From NCBI GenBank assembly GCA_964534155.1, contig CAZHQM010000002.1, positions 1 to 37,718 on the forward strand: a DNA stretch of 37,718 bases. Direction: 5' to 3'. Source of the stretch: an uncultured Oxalobacter sp. Its GTDB lineage: Bacteria; Pseudomonadota; Gammaproteobacteria; Burkholderiales; Burkholderiaceae_D. The notes beneath the pieces were generated by a model. That model did not search any database. It had not been told where the DNA came from and saw only the letters and a program-made list of their open reading frames with translations. Below are positions 35,628 to 37,718 of this stretch, in pieces (within the stretch, counting starts at the first letter, position 1; every line of letters starts with the position of its first letter). A program made the translations under genes and the position numbers.

Positions 35628-37718
35628 TCAGTCGGTATATTCCCTGCCGAAGACTTCTTTCCACAGTTTGCGGACTTCATCAGCCTCGCCTTCCACAGAG
35701 CCAAGGGCGATTTTTGCTTCGCTTGCCCCCTGCATACGGATCTGATGCTGCAGCCGTCTGAAGTGGCGGTAGATGGCGCCAACGGCCTCACCTGATACCT
35801 GAGAGAACAGTCCGAGTCTATCGCACATCTTGAGCAGGGCAATGTTGCCGAGGTTGCCGGTCAGTTCAGGGTGCTTGATGGAGTATTCAAGCACCAGATA
35901 CTGCACGATGAATTCGATATCCATCATGCCGCCTGCATCATGCTTGATGTCGAACAGTTCGGAATGGTTTGGATGGGCATCCAGAATACGGCGGCGCATC
36001 TTCACGATTTCGGTCTTCAGCTCTTCTGGGTCACGTTCACGGCGCAGGATTCTGTTGCGCAGTTCTTCAAAGCGCTCGCCGATAGAGGCATCACCACAGC
36101 AGAAGCGGGCACGGGTCAGTGCCTGGTGTTCCCAAGGCCATGCGGATTTTTCCTGATAGCGTTCAAATGAGTCGAAAGAGGAGACCATCAGACCGCTCGC
36201 GCCATCTGGGCGCAGGGCGATGTCGATATCGAAGAGGGTGCCTGCAGAGGTTGGACTGGTCATCCAGCTGATGAAGCGCTGTGCGAGGCGGGCATAGAGC
36301 ATCGGTGCCATCTGGTCATCATCGTCATAGAGGAAAACGATATCCAGATCGGATGCGTAGCCCAGTTCCTTACCGCCCAGTTTGCCATAGGCGATGATGG
36401 CGAATTTCGGTATTTCCCGATGGCGCTTGTTCATGGAGAGCCAGACCTCCCGCAGGGTGGCTTCTGCCATGATGTCGGCAAGGCGGGAGAGGTCATCTGC
36501 CAGTTCTTCAACCGTGAGCTCACCATTCAGGTCCTGTGCCAGCAGACGGAACTGCTGGGCATGATGGGTTTCTCGCAGGATATCCATCAGCTGTTCTGTA
36601 TCGCCTCGATGGGCTTCAAGCTGTGTGTTGAGGTCTTTGGTGAATTCATCCCAGTCGGGGCGTTCCATCAGGGTGCGTGCATCGAGCAGCTCGTCCAGCA
36701 GGATTGGGTGGCGGGTAAGATACTGTGCCGCCCAGTCACTGGTATCGAGCATATGCATCAGTCTGGATGTGGCGACCGGGAACTCGGTGAGCAGTGAGAT
36801 GTAGGATGTCCGCTTCGCAATGCTTTCGAGGAAGTTGAGCATGCGTTCCAAGGTCACCAGTGGCTTGTGGGCATACTCCAGCATATCTGCCATCGCAGTA
36901 TTGATCAGCGAGATGGTCTTGGTGCGGTATGCATCCGACAGGGTCTGTATGCGTGTCGAGCGCCAGAATGCCAGCAGGCGTTTGGCGGCGGCATCTGCTT
37001 CTGGAAAATCCATCTCATTGAGTTTGGTTTCCAGAATGGTCTTGAGTTCTTCATCGGACTGGCTGGATACCAATGGAGGAACGATGGTTCTTTCTGGATC
37101 CTGTGCCTCGGATTTTTCACCGAAGATGGCTTCAAACTGTTCAGAGACAAAGTCCCGATGGGTTTTCAGGGCATACATCAGGTCATCGATAGACTGCATG
37201 CCTGCCGCCTGTGCAATCAGCAGGCGGTCATCCTCACTGTTTGGAACCGAATGGGTCTGGGCATCTTCAAGGTATTGGATGCGATGTTCGATGTTTCTCA
37301 GGAATGTGTAGGAATCGAGGAGCTTGTTGACGGTTTCCTCATCCATCAGCCGTTTTTCCGGGAGCATCTGCAGGATTTTCCGGGTGGATTTGTCCTGCAG
37401 GGCAGGTTCACGTCCACCACGGATCAGCTGGAACATCTGGGCAAGGAACTCAATCTCGCGGATGCCGCCTTTACCGAGTTTGACATCGTTGACACGTTCG
37501 GGATGCAGTTTCTCACGGCGGACAACATCGGCACGGATCTGCTGGTGCATGCTGCGGATGGATTCGATGACGCTGAAGTCCAGATATTTCCGATAGACGA
37601 ACGGGAAAACAATTTTCCGCAGGGCTTCAATGTCCTCTGGGTTGCCGGTGATTGCCCGTGCCTTGATCCAAGCGTAGCGCTCCCATTCACGCCCCTGCAC
37701 AATGAAATACTGTTCCAC
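35628..37718 (-). CDS. glnE: Glutamine synthetase adenylyltransferase/adenylyl-removing enzyme, 3' part
   Basis: GREWERYAW, KLGKGGIREIEF, YGKLGGKELGYASDLD, LRPDGASG, WEHQALTRAR, GGMMDIEF; start lies outside the window. Confidence 0.95.
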   Translation of the reverse strand: MEQYFIVQGREWERYAWIKARAITGNPEDIEALRKIVFPFVYRKYLDFSVIESIRSMHQQIRADVVRREKLHPERVNDVKLGKGGIREIEFLAQMFQLIRGGREPALQDKSTRKILQMLPEKRLMDEETVNKLLDSYTFLRNIEHRIQYLEDAQTHSVPNSEDDRLLIAQAAGMQSIDDLMYALKTHRDFVSEQFEAIFGEKSEAQDPERTIVPPLVSSQSDEELKTILETKLNEMDFPEADAAAKRLLAFWRSTRIQTLSDAYRTKTISLINTAMADMLEYAHKPLVTLERMLNFLESIAKRTSYISLLTEFPVATSRLMHMLDTSDWAAQYLTRHPILLDELLDARTLMERPDWDEFTKDLNTQLEAHRGDTEQLMDILRETHHAQQFRLLAQDLNGELTVEELADDLSRLADIMAEATLREVWLSMNKRHREIPKFAIIAYGKLGGKELGYASDLDIVFLYDDDDQMAPMLYARLAQRFISWMTSPTSAGTLFDIDIALRPDGASGLMVSSFDSFERYQEKSAWPWEHQALTRARFCCGDASIGERFEELRNRILRRERDPEELKTEIVKMRRRILDAHPNHSELFDIKHDAGGMMDIEFIVQYLVLEYSIKHPELTGNLGNIALLKMCDRLGLFSQVSGEAVGAIYRHFRRLQHQIRMQGASEAKIALGSVEGEADEVRKLWKEVFGREYTD

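Overview
Betaproteobacterial (Burkholderiales, Oxalobacteraceae-like by gene content and order; inferred) chromosomal window. About 27.5 kb is housekeeping: rfaE2, ttcA, folB, hslR, MidA-type methyltransferase, comM/yifB, ubiK, gshA-gshB-EIIA-HPr-EI, a SAM-II riboswitch-metX-metW-ampG-pyrE block, moeB/thiF-family, ctpA, gpmA, rhodanese-grxC-secB-gpsA, DUF1847 and fdxA. The 3' part of glnE closes the window. The main discovery is an ~8 kb island between convergent fdxA and glnE, bounded by an exact 29-bp direct repeat (27545-27573 and 35584-35612) with a 13-8-13 inverted-repeat architecture. It carries a co-oriented cluster: a stand-alone MIT_C/PLD-like protein, two divergent DnaA-derived AAA+ proteins that both lack the arginine finger (one with an altered DNA-binding domain IV, one with an N-terminal coiled coil), a small acidic protein and a Gly/Ala-rich membrane protein. 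It also carries an excisionase-like HTH protein, a broken tyrosine integrase and a RelE/Gp49-like toxin with a non-canonical partner. Other points: a trimeric autotransporter frameshifted at an A6 tract, a SAM-II riboswitch with an apparent terminator/antiterminator platform, and a secreted (D/S)FPD-repeat protein resembling 7(1)-knot proteins. All family assignments come from motif recognition by eye; no searches were run.
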